The notes: generated by a model from the sequence alone, not told the origin. 64,000 bases of DNA from Vicinamibacteria bacterium (GCA_963697705.1 CAVOPA010000008.1:23694-87693), one strand, 5' to 3'; counted from the first letter of the stretch, positions 30,031 to 41,017 are shown. Program-made: numbers and translations.

Positions 30031-31494
30031 ATGAAGGATCGTTTCCTGTCTCCCGGGCACCTCGCTCGTCCGGCAGCGAGTCGTGGCGTGCGTGGTGGCG
30101 TCGCGCCCTCCTCTACGCGCCCGGTGCTCGTTGGCGATGGCCGCTGTCGCTACGCGGAACCGCGGAAGGTCTCGCCGAGCGGCCCTGTGGTTGCGGCCAC
30201 GGTGACGAATGCGGTGGAACTCACGAACGCACTCCGGACTGGCGGCGCCATTCGCATCGCACCCGGCCGCTACATGGGCAACTTCGTCATCGGCGTGGAT
30301 GGCACGAGTCTGCTCGGACGTGGCGATCTCCCAGACCGGCGCGTGGCGCCGGCTGACGTGAGCGGGGTGGTGCTCGCTCCGTTCGATCCGCTGGTGCCTC
30401 CGCTACGGGTCATCGGCGAGTCACGTGAGCGTGACCGGCATCACCGTCGTCAACGGCGCGTCGGACCGCGAGACCGTCGTGGTCGGGTCGCACTACGGCC
30501 ACCGACGCTCTTCAGCAACCCGATGACGTGACGTTCGACCGGGTCGCGGTGCTGGCCGGGCGAATCAGGCGGGGTCCGCGGGTTCTCGCTGCACACTCGG
30601 CGGGTCACGCTGACGCGGAGCTATGTCGCGGGCTTCTGGTACCGCGGACGGGATGCGCAGGCTGTGTTCGCGCTCAACGGGCCCGGCCCCTACATCATGC
30701 GCGACAATTACATCGAAGGCTCTGGGGAAAACATGCTGTTCGGCGGAGCCACGATTCACATCACGGACTGCGTGCCTGAGCGACGTCGCAGATCGTGGCA
30801 ACACGCTCGCGAAGCCAGACGCGTGGCGCGCCAAGACAGGCGCAGTCAAGAACAGCCTCGAGTTCAAGGCGGTGCGGCGGGCGATCGTCGAAAACAATCT
30901 CATCGATGGCAACTGGAAGGACGGCCAGGACGGTTCCCCCATTCTGCTCACTCCGCGGAACCAGGACGGCAACACGCCCTGGGTGGTCGTGGAGGACGTG
31001 ACTGATCCGGGGAAACGTGGTCCGCCGGACGGTCCAAGGCTACGCCGTGAGCATTCTTGGCCGCGACAACGAACACGCGAGCGGCCAGACGGCGCGCGTC
31101 ACGATCGAGCGGAACCTGTTCGTCGACGCTCCGCAACGGCATCCGCGTGGTCGGAGGAGTTGACGGCGCACTCACGGTTCGACGCAACACCTTTCCGGCG
31201 ATCAAGAACAACTGGTTCGCGTTCAGCGGAAAGGGACCGCTGACGCCACTGACCGTCACGGGCAACGTCACGCGCTCGGGGTCTTACGGCATTTCGGGAG
31301 ACGGCTCGACCGCCGTCGGCGCGCCCTCGCTGAAGCTGGCGAAGGTCGTGGCATTCCGCGGCAACATCATCGAACAAACGGCGGAGCGACGCGTGGTCTG
31401 GCCGGACGGCAATACGCTGCTCGCGCCGTGGAGCCCTCGCCAAGACTGCTCGATCGGCAGCTTCCGTCATCCCGACGCAAACGTCGGGTATTGA
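30031..31494 (+). CDS. Secreted right-handed beta-helix (pectin-lyase-like) protein, multiple frameshifts
   Basis: Across frames: IRIAPGRYMGNF, NGPGPYIMRDNYIEGSGENMLFGG, VKNSLEFKAVRRAIVENN..ILLTPRNQDGNTPWVVVEDV, RHPDANVGY*. Confidence 0.65.
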
Positions 31495-31598
31495 AGGCCG
31501 GCAGTACGCGACGCTCGCGTGAAGCCAGGATGACGAGCGGGGGCGATTCACGAGCTGATCGATACGACCGGACGCAGGCGGCCGCTGCCGAAGTGCGG

Positions 31599-31627
31599 TT
31601 GCCTGAGCGGCGGGTTCGGGGCATAAT
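31599..31627 (+). promoter_or_regulatory. Sigma70 promoter of the tRNA
   Basis: TTGCCT-17 bp-CATAAT, ending 5 bp before the tRNA. Confidence 0.65.
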
Positions 31628-31632
31628 GTCTT

Positions 31633-31709
<77 letters not shown>

Positions 31710-31834
31710 ATACAAACGGGCCTGAACCCGCAGACGCGTGGACCCTGGCGGATTTTGCGGACGCAGCGGAGTCACGAAGCGCGATTGTCCTCGAGAAAAC
31801 GAAGGGGCCGCATCCGGTGGACACTGCCCCAGTC

Positions 31835-31881
31835 GCCTCTTAGTCTGTAGGTGGAAGGGTCGATTCCCTCCGGGCTCGCCA
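31835..31881 (+). pseudogene. Degenerate 3' half of a tRNA-Lys(CTT)-like gene (possible att-site scar)
   Basis: gcctCTTagtc-tgtaggtg-gaagg-gtcgatt-ccctc-cgggctc-g-CCA: anticodon loop, T-arm, acceptor strand and CCA, but no 5' half. Confidence 0.5.
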
Positions 31882-32047
31882 GCTCACGCGAGCTCACGCC
31901 GAAGGCGGGCTCGGCGAGTCGGGCGAACGCTGCCGCGCACGGGGCGCCGGTCGGCGCGAAGGGCGGGCACCGTCAACTTCACTGTCGCCCTGCTGGAGAC
32001 ACTTCATCCAGTTCGCGGCGTTCGTCGCACAACGAAAGACTCAATTG

Positions 32048-33728
32048 ATGTCGCGCATCCGGTCAGGGATAGTCCAGGTCGGGCAGGCGTCTGTCGCTCC
32101 GTTCCTGCTCCTCGTCGCACCATTCCTCGGCTACGTGCAATATCAGCGTTATGGTGTCTCGCATCCGGAGGTGGCGCTCGTTCGTGCTGATCCTCGCTGG
32201 CGTCGCGCTGGTGCTCGGTGCTGGTTGCGTGCTGTCACCTGCCTTCAGCGTGGCAACACTGACTGGCCTTCTGACCTTCCTGATCGACATCCAGACTGGG
32301 GAAGAACTGGGCTTGAAGAAGCTGGGGTTGTTGTTCCTCGGCGTGTGCGCACTGGTGTGGGTGTTTCGCCGGGGCGCTCACCGAATCATCTCGTGGATGA
32401 TGATCACCGTCATTCTGATGCTGTGGCTCGTGCCACCCCGTTCGGGGGCGGTGACGTCAGAAGAGTTGTCCATCACGCGCTCCTCCTCCCCCCAACGACA
32501 CGACTTGCCGCTGGTCCTCCATCTTCTCCTCGATGAGTTCATCGGTGTCGAAGGTCTTCCGACGGACCTCGCACCGTCAGGGTTCAAGCAGGAACTTCAG
32601 TCCTTCTTCACGGACCGAGGCTTCCGGGTGTTCGGGAAGGCATACAGTGAATACCCGATCACGGAGTGGTCCGTGCCTCACCTCCTCAATCTGATTCCCG
32701 GTCGTTACGTGGGCGGTCTGACGGTTCCGGGTCCATCGGCCGGCACACACCGGCTGGTGCGAAATGCCTATTTCGAACGGCTTGTGAGCATGGGTTACAC
32801 GATCCGGGTTCACGAGCCCGACTACCTGTATCTATGTCCTGCCGGCCTGCCAGCATCGTGTCGCACGTACCCCACCACATCGCTCGCTCTGCTCGACCAC
32901 CTCGATGTGCCGGCGGGTTTCAGGTTCTCCGTTGTCGTTGGCAGCTTTCTGAACCAGTCCGAGGCATACAGCCGCCTCAAACAAACGTATCAGACACTGC
33001 GACTGCGCTTCGCACCGAGGGTCGCGCTGCCGGCGTGGAACTGGGAACGGAGCACTGGAGGCTCGGCGGCAAGCATGCGGATGTTCGACGGCGTGACCGG
33101 TGAACTCTCGAAGACGCAGCGGGGGACGTTCGTGTTTGCGCACATTTTGATGCCGCATTATCCGTACGTCTACGACGCCGATTGCAGACAGCGGCCTGTG
33201 ACGGAGTGGATGAGCAGAAGCGATCCAACGCGTGCCGATGTTGCAGGTGGCATTATGAACGTTCCTGAGGGTCGCGCGACGCGTTACCGGTCATATTTTC
33301 GGCAGGTCGCGTGTACGCTGCACCAGATCGATCGGCTGCTCGGCGCCATTCCGCCGGGTGCCCGTCAGGATGCAATCATCATCATTCAGGGCGACCACGG
33401 ATCGCGCATCACTCTAGTCGATCCGACCACGGTTGCCAACGTCAGGCCTGCAGCGTCTGATTACGCGGATGCGTTCTCGACGATGTTCGCCGTTCGCTCG
33501 GGTTCTATCGAGCCGGCGTATGATCCTCGGATCACGCCCATCACGTGCCTCCTGCGTACTCTCGTCGATCGCGATTTCCGCTCAATCGCTGGCATCGATG
33601 CGTGCTCGTCACCTCATACGGTGTTCTTCATGACGGGTGGTAAGGAGCCGCCGGCCCCCCGGCCTCTTCCAGTGCTGGGAACAGCAGAAGGCGGACAACC
33701 GCTGCCGGCCATCGCGACCGGTGGGTGA
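32048..33728 (+). CDS. Membrane-anchored alkaline-phosphatase-superfamily transferase, copy 2 (frameshift near 32170)
   Basis: PFLGYVQYQRYG, HLLLDE, YPITEWSV, FAHILMPHYPY, IIQGDHGSR; collinear with 11906..13714. Confidence 0.75.
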
Positions 33729-33796
33729 GGCGAGCGACCTCGTCCTCTGAAGCAACACGCTCGCAGGGCAGAGCCTGCCCACGACTTCACTGCTCT

Positions 33797-33818
33797 CCGG
33801 GCTGAAGCCCTGCCCCAC
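33797..33818 (-). repeat. REP-like palindrome
   Basis: GTGG-ggca-GGGC-ttca-GCCC. Confidence 0.4.
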
Positions 33819-33867
33819 CCCTCACGCTCATGCTCCAGGAGACCGGCGCAGGGGCAACGCTTGCTAC

Positions 33868-34236
33868 TCAATCGACGTAATGGATGCGAGTCGAATCGCT
33901 GTGGCCACCGTCACCTGGGCGCGGACGCCCGCCGAGCCAGTGCGGGGGGGCCGCGTTGCAGCGCCGAGCCATTCCGGCGCTCTGTTGTTCGTACGCCTCG
34001 AGCACCTCACTCATCGTCCGCCTCCATCGGCGGCGGCGCCCACTCCACCCTGCCGCTCTCGTAGCGCGTCGATGACGCATCCGCTCCTCCCAGACGATCT
34101 GCGACGCGATCTCGCGCGCGGTGCGCGATTTGGGGTCAGGACGGTAGTCCGAGCCCTCCGGAATCGTCGCGAGCACGTTGCATGTGGTTTTCGATTCCCT
34201 CGTCCAGAACTCCGTGAAGAGTACCTTTTCGTCCAC
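33868..34236 (-). pseudogene. DinB-family protein, degraded
   Basis: FWTRESKTTCNVLATIPEGSDYRPDPKSRTAREIA; downstream frameshifts; no C-terminal HHRGQ motif. Confidence 0.6.
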
Positions 34237-34921
34237 TCGGTGCGTCCCCCGTGCGCCTGCATCATCAGAGCATCGTGAATGCCCGAACACCGAAGACGTC
34301 GACTGTCAGGCCACAGCGCATACCTACCGATTTGCATCCAACTCTGCGACCCAGCGTGGCGCGTGTTGCAGGTGTAGCACCTGATTGTCCGGGCCGACGG
34401 CAGGATCTCATTCGGCCAGCCGGCGTCCCGGACGCTGTCCCGCAACTCGTAATGGACATTCAAGCCAGTGAACGGTCTCCTGCTTGAACGCGATGCGCTT
34501 ACCCCTCGCCTGGAAACTCCATCGCGACACCATCAGCCGTTACCGGTGAACGAACGGATTCGGCCATTCTGAGTAGCCCGGTTTCTCGCGTGCAGCCAGC
34601 GACAGAATCACACCAGAAATTGACACCTTCCGCCACGCTCCGACACAAGCGGCTGGCACAAACGGTTGGCACACCATGGCCAAGAAGGGCGCCTCACAGG
34701 CCGACCTCGAGCGGCGCGTCGTGAGCAGCGCGCCAGCGGTTGAGCGCGTCGCCGATACCATGCACCTGCTGCCGCGGATCTTGCTCCGCGAGGACAGCCG
34801 GGTGCGGATGGCCTAGTCTAGGAGCCCGTGGTGAAAGTGAATTAGGTCCGACACGATCGGATCAGGGATCGACGGTCGCGCGCGGGATCAGGATATCTGG
34901 GGTTTGATCGCCGGTTACCGA

Positions 34922-35113
34922 TCATCGGGTGACATTCGCTTGCTCGAAGAGAGCCTTCTCGATGCTCCACGTGTTGAAGCAGTCCCGGCACCGCAAGTAG
35001 ATGAAGCGATCCACGCGCGTGGCAACGTGAACGTTCGTGCTCGCGCATTGGTCGCACGGCGGAAGCGGCTGTCGCAGCACGCGCCGCTCGACGGGTCGAT
35101 TCTGCGAAGCCAT
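34922..35113 (-). CDS. Small zinc-ribbon protein
   Basis: CDQC...RCRDCFNTW (two CxxC motifs), 63 aa. Confidence 0.55.
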   Translation of the reverse strand: MASQNRPVERRVLRQPLPPCDQCASTNVHVATRVDRFIYLRCRDCFNTWSIEKALFEQANVTR

Positions 35114-35190
35114 AACGGGCCTGGGGAGGGCTCATCGTCACACTTTACGGCTCAGCTCGTCAAGACGCGGCGCTGGCACACCGGCGCCGC

Positions 35191-35466
35191 CTATTCTCGG
35201 GAACGGTGCGTGACGGTTGATGTGAGCGGCTCTGCGTGCGTGACGGCCTCGTCAGCCGCCTCTCTCACTGCCCGATTGGCATGAACCACGCGAGCGAGAT
35301 CAGCCCGGAGAGCTGAGAGCGCGGCCTCACGGGCGGCTGGGTCCTTACCGTCACGGAAGGCGTCGAGCTGTAACTGCGCGTCGGTTAGTGCCCGCACCTG
35401 CTGCTCACATTGAGCGCGAAGATCCCACAGGTGGGCAGAGATGGTGGCGATCGAAGTGTCTGGCAT
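35191..35466 (-). CDS. Small helical hypothetical protein
   Basis: MPDTSIATISAHLWDLRAQCEQQ..., protein-like composition. Confidence 0.4.
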   Translation of the reverse strand: MPDTSIATISAHLWDLRAQCEQQVRALTDAQLQLDAFRDGKDPAAREAALSALRADLARVVHANRAVREAADEAVTHAEPLTSTVTHRSRE

Positions 35467-35590
35467 TGAACGCTGGCTGCTCTCGATTTCACGTTTCCGC
35501 GGCGGTGCGACGTTACTGCTCAACTATAGCAAACCTAGTTCCACAGCGGTGGCTGACTACGCGAGCGCGCCGGAGCGGGAGCGTGCAGTG

Positions 35591-35824
35591 ATGAACGACG
35601 CCGCATGGTGGGCGCGCGTGGTGCAGGCGCGCACGGATCGGAACAACCTGAGGCCACAGCGGCTGTGGACGCTGCACAAGGGCGAGCACGCGGCCGCAAT
35701 CGATCTGACGGCGGTGCCGGGGGGCATCGGAGCGGGAATCGTGCTCACCGTGGACGGCGAGATGCGCAAGACGCTCCTGTTCCGCGTGGGGGCCCAGGGT
35801 GGCCGGCCGACTTGTTTCACCTAA
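35591..35824 (+). CDS. Small hypothetical protein (possibly truncated)
   Basis: GGAG upstream; RLWTLHKGEHAAAIDL..GIVLTVDGEMRKT. Confidence 0.4.
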   Translation: MNDAAWWARVVQARTDRNNLRPQRLWTLHKGEHAAAIDLTAVPGGIGAGIVLTVDGEMRKTLLFRVGAQGGRPTCFT

Positions 35825-36313
35825 GTGTCGTTGTCAACGCGTCCTCTGCGTGCGGCGTAGTCTCGCCCGTGCCTGACATGCCGACCTCAAGCGAATACCG
35901 GCGGCCGGCGCGGACGCGCAATTCGCCCACAATGGTCGCCCAAGGAACTCTGAGCGATTCAAAATTCTGCTCCTCTATCCGGAGGAGCAGCATGGTGTTG
36001 GTCGTCACAAGATCCCACGTCAGCGTCGCAGTCCCGTCCAGCCGACCGCGTGAAGGAGTAGTACTGACACGGAACACGCCGCTGGCCTTCTGTGGTACAC
36101 GGCGAGCCGGCATCCTTGATGTCGGCGTTGATGTTGCGTCTGTTGAATGCTCGCGCGTCCGGACGAGCGGAAAGTCCGCGATGCTGACACATCCTTCTTG
36201 CGCGTCACGCCGGCACGGCGACGGATACTGGAACGCGACACAGGTGTTCGGGAGACAGACGCCAGGATGGCCGATCATTCACAGCCACTGGTCCGAGGTG
36301 AGGGAACGCAACC

Positions 36314-36742
36314 ATGAGCGCACCGCCCGCGAACGCCTTCATCGGCAAGACGACTCGACCAACCGATTCCGAGCTCGAGCAGGCTCTCGGCCGCGCCAAG
36401 CCCATATGGGACCAGCTGATCGCGGACCTCGCGTCAGAGCGCGACGTCGCGATTTCGGAATGGAGCAGCTACTCGGTGAAAGCCGGTTGGGCCCTCCGCC
36501 TGAGACGCGGGAAGAGAACCATCGTGTGGCTGTCGCCCTACGTCGGCTCTTTTGAAGTGCTCTTCATCTTCGGCGACAGAGCGCTCGCGGCCACCCGCCA
36601 GACCCGGCTTTCCGCGCGAGTGCTGCGGATGCTCGACGCGGCCCCGCGGTATCCGGAAGGTACGGGCCTCCGCCTGCAGATAAAGGCGGCGAAAGATATC
36701 CCCCTGGTGAAGAAGCTGGCGGTGCTCAAGCTGCAGAACTAA
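36314..36742 (+). CDS. DUF3788 family protein
   Basis: PTDSELEQALG, GWALRLRRGKRTIVWL, RYPEGTGLRL, VKKLAVLKLQN. Confidence 0.75.
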   Translation: MSAPPANAFIGKTTRPTDSELEQALGRAKPIWDQLIADLASERDVAISEWSSYSVKAGWALRLRRGKRTIVWLSPYVGSFEVLFIFGDRALAATRQTRLSARVLRMLDAAPRYPEGTGLRLQIKAAKDIPLVKKLAVLKLQN

Positions 36743-36994
36743 CTGAGGTGAATCGGCTCTCGCCGCGTTCGAAGGATGGCCGAATGTCTCGGTTCCTGAA
36801 ACAGATCGCCTGCCTTCATCGCCATGGGTGTCGTGTATCGTCGGCTGCGGGATTGCTCTGAGTCTTCTGAGTCAGCGCGGGCAGGCCATGGCGGCAGTCA
36901 AGGAAGTGCTTCGCACTGATCAGGAGTCTTTTGGGCGGTCCGACCACGTGTTGCGCTTCACGGCTCTCTACCCCGCTTTCGACACGAATCACCG

Positions 36995-37385
36995 CTACAG
37001 CCGCGGATCGACCGGCTCACTCTCCAGCGCGAGGACGCCGAACACGCACTCGTGAACGCGTCTCAGTGGCTCCCGCTGCACGAATCGTTCGAGGCCTTAT
37101 CCCCAGCGCGAACTCGCGCAACGCCAGGGCGCGCTTTCCGCCCAGTCCGCGCTGCCGCAACCGGCCAAGGTGTTGCGGCAGTGTGTACTCGGGCCCGTAG
37201 ATGATCCGAAGGTACTCCCGCCCGCGGCATTTGACCGCGGGCTGCACCAGACCGCGAGAGCCGCTTGCAACGAAGGGCAGCGGCTTGACGACCGCCCCTT
37301 CGCCGCCGCTTTCGGTCAGCTCGCTCCACCACGCCGTGGCGGCCGCCTCGCTCGCGGGCTCAGCCAGGTCGACTACGTGGTCGTG
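36995..37385 (-). pseudogene. C-terminal fragment of polynucleotide kinase-phosphatase (Pnkp ligase domain)
   Basis: WWSELTESGGEGAVVKP..QPAVKCRGREYLRIIYGPEY..KRALALREFALG..VHECVFGVLALESEPVDPRL*. Confidence 0.85.
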
Positions 37386-37389
37386 GACG

Positions 37390-39126
37390 CTGCAGAAGGA
37401 TCTCGCCAGCACGGATATCGGGGTTCCCGAAAACGTGCGCCAATTGATCGAGCGGCAGATTGAGCGATTGGATGCCGACGAGCGCCGCGTGTTGGAAGGC
37501 GCGAGCGTCGTCGGCATGGAGTGCTCGTCGGCGGCGATTGCTGCGGGTCTGGACGAACAGACTGGGTGGGTGGAGGAGCGATGTGAAGCGCTGGTGCGGC
37601 GACACCAGTTCCTCTTGCCGGCGCGACTCGTCGAACTGCCAGATGGCACGGTTACGTCACGCTACACCTTCAGCCACGTACTCTATCGCGACGTGCCATA
37701 CAGGCTGCTGGCACCGATGCGCCGCGCCCAGGCTCACCGCCGGATCGGAGATCGCGGAGAAGCGATCTACGGGGATCGGGTGTCCGAGATCGCCGCCGAG
37801 CTCGCGGTGCATTTCGAGCAGGGTCGGGACGCCGCGCGCGCGATGAAATATCTGCTGCTGGCAGCTGAGAACGCGACCGGCTGGTCGGCACATCATGAGG
37901 CGGTTGCGCTGGCGCACCGCGGCCTGCATGCGCTCGCCGCGCTCCCCGACACGCCCGAACGCGACGAGTCGGAGCTGAAACTCACCCTGATACTTGCCGT
38001 GTCGCTGGTCGTTACCAAGGGATTCGCGGCGGCGGAGACGGATCACGTGTTCAGGCGCGCCTGGCAGCTGTGCGGACGCTGTCCAGACTCGGCGGCCGCG
38101 TTCAAAGTATTGCGACTCATCGGGCTCTCGCAGATGTTTCGAGGAGAGATTCAGGCGGCTCACGAGACGGGTGAGCAGTTGATGAAGCTCGCGATGAACC
38201 TTCGGGATTCGATCCTTGTCATGGAGGCGCACCGCGCGCTCGGCGGAGCCGCAGTCGAGTCTGGGACACTCAGCGACGGCGTAGAACATTTCGACCGGGT
38301 CCTAGAGCACTACGCCAGCGGCCCTTATCCCTCTTACGTGCACTTCACCGGTCACGATCCCAGCGTGGTCAGCGAATGTGCACGGGCTCGGGCACTCTGG
38401 GCGCTCGGCTATCCGGATCGTGCATTGGAAGGCGTGTCCCGTGCTCTGGCACTGGCGCACGAGTTGTCGCACGTTCAAAGCATCGTGAGCGCCGCTTATT
38501 ATTCTGCGCACATCCACCTCCTGCGCGGCGAACCGGAGCAAACGTTGCGGCAAGCGCAGATAGCTGTTGTCCTCGCAGAGGAACACGGTCTCGAGTTGTG
38601 GGCCACAGTGGCCCGACTTCATCAAGCCTGGGCTCTGGTGGCAGGCGGACAGGTGGACGAGGGCATCGAAGGATTGCGGCGGGAGTTGGCTATCTATGAA
38701 AAAACGACTGCCCGAGTGTGGCGACCACTGTTCCTGGCGTTGCTCGCGGAGGCCCTGGCGAAGGCGCAGCATCCCGAGGACGCTTTGACGACTCTCGAAG
38801 AGGGCCTTGCAGTGGCCCGCACCAGCGGAGAGTTGTACTTCGAGGCCGAACTGCACCGCGTCAAAGGCGAGCTGCTGCTCGTCCGCTTGGCAAAAGATGC
38901 ACTCCGAACCGCCGAGGCGTCCTTCAGGAAGGCGCTTGAGATCGCGCGACGCCAGAAGGCCCGGTCGTGGGAATTGCGAGCCGCCACGAGCCTGGGCCGG
39001 CTTCTTCAATCGCAGGGCAAGCGAAAGGAAGCCCGTGCACTTCTCAAACCGGTGTGTGACTGGTTCACGGAGGGACGCGCGAACGCTGACTTCAGAGGTG
39101 CTGCCGCAGTCTTGAATGAGCCCTGA
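37390..39126 (+). pseudogene. 5'-truncated AAA-ATPase/TPR protein (C-terminal helical half only)
   Basis: VPENVRQLIERQIERL, FSHVLYRD, LGYPDRAL, EAELHRVKGELL, SWELRAATSL, WFTEG; no Walker A or start context. Confidence 0.75.
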
Positions 39127-39164
39127 TCCGACGAAGATGCAGCCGTCATTCATTGTCACACGCC

Positions 39165-39459
39165 TCACTCCAGTTCGTATAGGTCAACTTCGTCGGTCCC
39201 CACGGCGGCGAGGTACATGTGCGCCCACTGCGCGGCTTCCTCGAGAGACGCTGCCGACACGACGACGTAGCCGGCGATCAACTCCTTCGTTCTATGAAGG
39301 GGCCGTCCACGATCGTGACGCCCTCGCGAGAATTCTTGTAGCGCCTGCCCCTGGTGCTCGGGCGCACCGTTTCGGACGCGAGGTGGATGCCTGTGCGAGT
39401 CGCCTCGTGGATCAGGCGCGCCAGGGCCGCTCGCTGCGTGGCCGAGGGAGCAACGCCGG
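39165..39459 (-). pseudogene. YciI-family protein 3' fragment
   Basis: RPSTRGRR..VDGPFIE/TKELIAGYVVVSAASLEEAAQWA. Confidence 0.7.
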
Positions 39460-39645
39460 GTCCACGGCCGCGGGCGCGCCATCGCTCAAGCTGGCGAAGG
39501 TCGTCGCGTTCAGCGGCAACATCATCGAGCGCACGGCCGAGCGGAACGTCCCCTGGCCGGAGGGCAATACGCTGCTCGCGCCGGGGGAGCTCGGGAAGCT
39601 GCTCGATGGGCAGCTGCGGCACCTGACGCGAGCATAGGGTATTGA
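39460..39645 (+). pseudogene. 3' fragment of a paralog of the beta-helix gene at 30031..31494
   Basis: STAAGAPSLKLAKVVAFSGNIIERTAERNVPWPEGNTLLAP matches the region 31306-31494. Confidence 0.75.
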
Positions 39646-39686
39646 GTGGGGCGGCCGTGTCCGAGCCCGCCTGAACGCGCGCACAC

Positions 39687-40179
39687 GAGGCGCTGCGGAT
39701 CGACCGTCCTCATCCACGCCTGGAACGCGGTCCGCTCGGCGTGCACGCGGGTACGATTCGAGCTCGACCGGCCGCGACCGTTTTTTTTGAACACGTACCC
39801 GAGTCGTTGCAGGGCCCGCAGGATGCTGGACCGATGCACGCGCGCCGGTCGCGCCGCCTGGGCGTCGTACGCCCGCGTCAATTCGTCGGTCGTGCGATCG
39901 GGGCGCGCGGTAATGGTCGCCTGCAGCACGGCCACATCGACCGGGAGGTCCACCCGCCGGCTTTGACCAACGGATCGACCGTGCCGGTAGTGCGCTGGCG
40001 GCGAACCCAGCGTTGCAGCGTCGGTTCGCTGACGGAGAAGTCGCTCGCGACCGTCGCGTACGTCTCGCTGCCGGATTCGTACGCGCGCACCGCACGCGCG
40101 CGCAACTCGGTGGGATACGGATTGGGCATGCGCGCAATAGATTATGGATTGGCCATCAATTCAAGTGAATTGTGGGTTA
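39687..40179 (-). mobile_element. Truncated IS630-family element (left end, HTH ORF, start of ORFB)
   Basis: MPNPYPTELRARAV.., LQRLGYVFKK with A-run slippery site, RTVDPQRLV stops just before the DDE domain; end abuts the TA of the neighbouring TAA stop. Confidence 0.8.
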
Positions 40180-40683
40180 AACGGGATTCTGCAGCTCCTG
40201 TGCGACCTCCTCGAGCCGGTCGTAGCTGATGGCCGCGCCGTGGGCCATGCCGGAATTGAGGACCAAATCGCGAACCTCCGGCGAGGGATACACGCAACTC
40301 ACGGTAAGGCGAGTCTTGCCGTTCTCCTCCGTCAGCACGGCGGTCACGACCGAACCGCCGTCTTCGAAGGGCTCGAAGATCTCCGTGAACACCACGCGCT
40401 CCGGCGGCGCGATCTCGCGGTACACGCCGTGGAACCCGGCCTCGCCGTTCGGGTGGCGGTTGACGAAGCGCCACCTACCGCCCGGCCTGAAATCCACTTC
40501 GCACACCGGGACGGAGTAGCCCTCGCCGAGGCGGCCCCACCATCGCCGGATGTGTTCGGGCTTGCTCATCGCTTCGAACACCAGGTGGCGCGGCGCATCG
40601 AAGACGCGCGTCAGGCGGATCTCACACTCCGACGGGGTGGTCACCGCGAAGCTGTCGCTATTTACGGCGCTGCCTACGGGCAT
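40177..40683 (-). CDS. SRPBCC/AHA1-family protein
   Basis: RVFDAPRHLVFEA..PEHIRRWWG..DFRPGGRWRF..PPERVVFTE. Confidence 0.88.
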   Translation of the reverse strand: MPVGSAVNSDSFAVTTPSECEIRLTRVFDAPRHLVFEAMSKPEHIRRWWGRLGEGYSVPVCEVDFRPGGRWRFVNRHPNGEAGFHGVYREIAPPERVVFTEIFEPFEDGGSVVTAVLTEENGKTRLTVSCVYPSPEVRDLVLNSGMAHGAAISYDRLEEVAQELQNPV

Positions 40684-41017
40684 GTCTCTTCTCCTTTGCT
40701 TTGAGTTCCTGCAGGTACGTGTCCAGACGATCGAGGCGCTGCTCCCAGATGGCCCGATATCGCTCCGCCCACTCGGCCACTTCCTTGAGCGGCGCAGGGT
40801 CGAGCCGGCAGGGCCGCCACTGGGCATCACGTCCCCGGACGATCAGCCCTGCGCGCTCGAGAACGCGCAGGTGCTTCGAGACGGCAGGCATGCTCATCGC
40901 GAACGGCTCCGCCAGTTCGGTGACCGAGCGCTCACCCGACGCGAGGCGGCCGAGAATCGCACGCCGGGTGGGGTCGGCGAGCGCGGCGAACGTGGTGCTC
41001 AGCTGATCGGCTGCCAT
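40658..41017 (-). CDS. ArsR/SmtB-family transcriptional regulator
   Basis: FAALADPTRRAIL, VSKHLRVLERAGLI. Confidence 0.92.
   Translation of the reverse strand: MAADQLSTTFAALADPTRRAILGRLASGERSVTELAEPFAMSMPAVSKHLRVLERAGLIVRGRDAQWRPCRLDPAPLKEVAEWAERYRAIWEQRLDRLDTYLQELKAKEKRHARRQRRK

Noticed and set aside
34653-34682. Two TGGCAC hexamers
   Set aside because: Neither has GC at the -12 position with correct spacing
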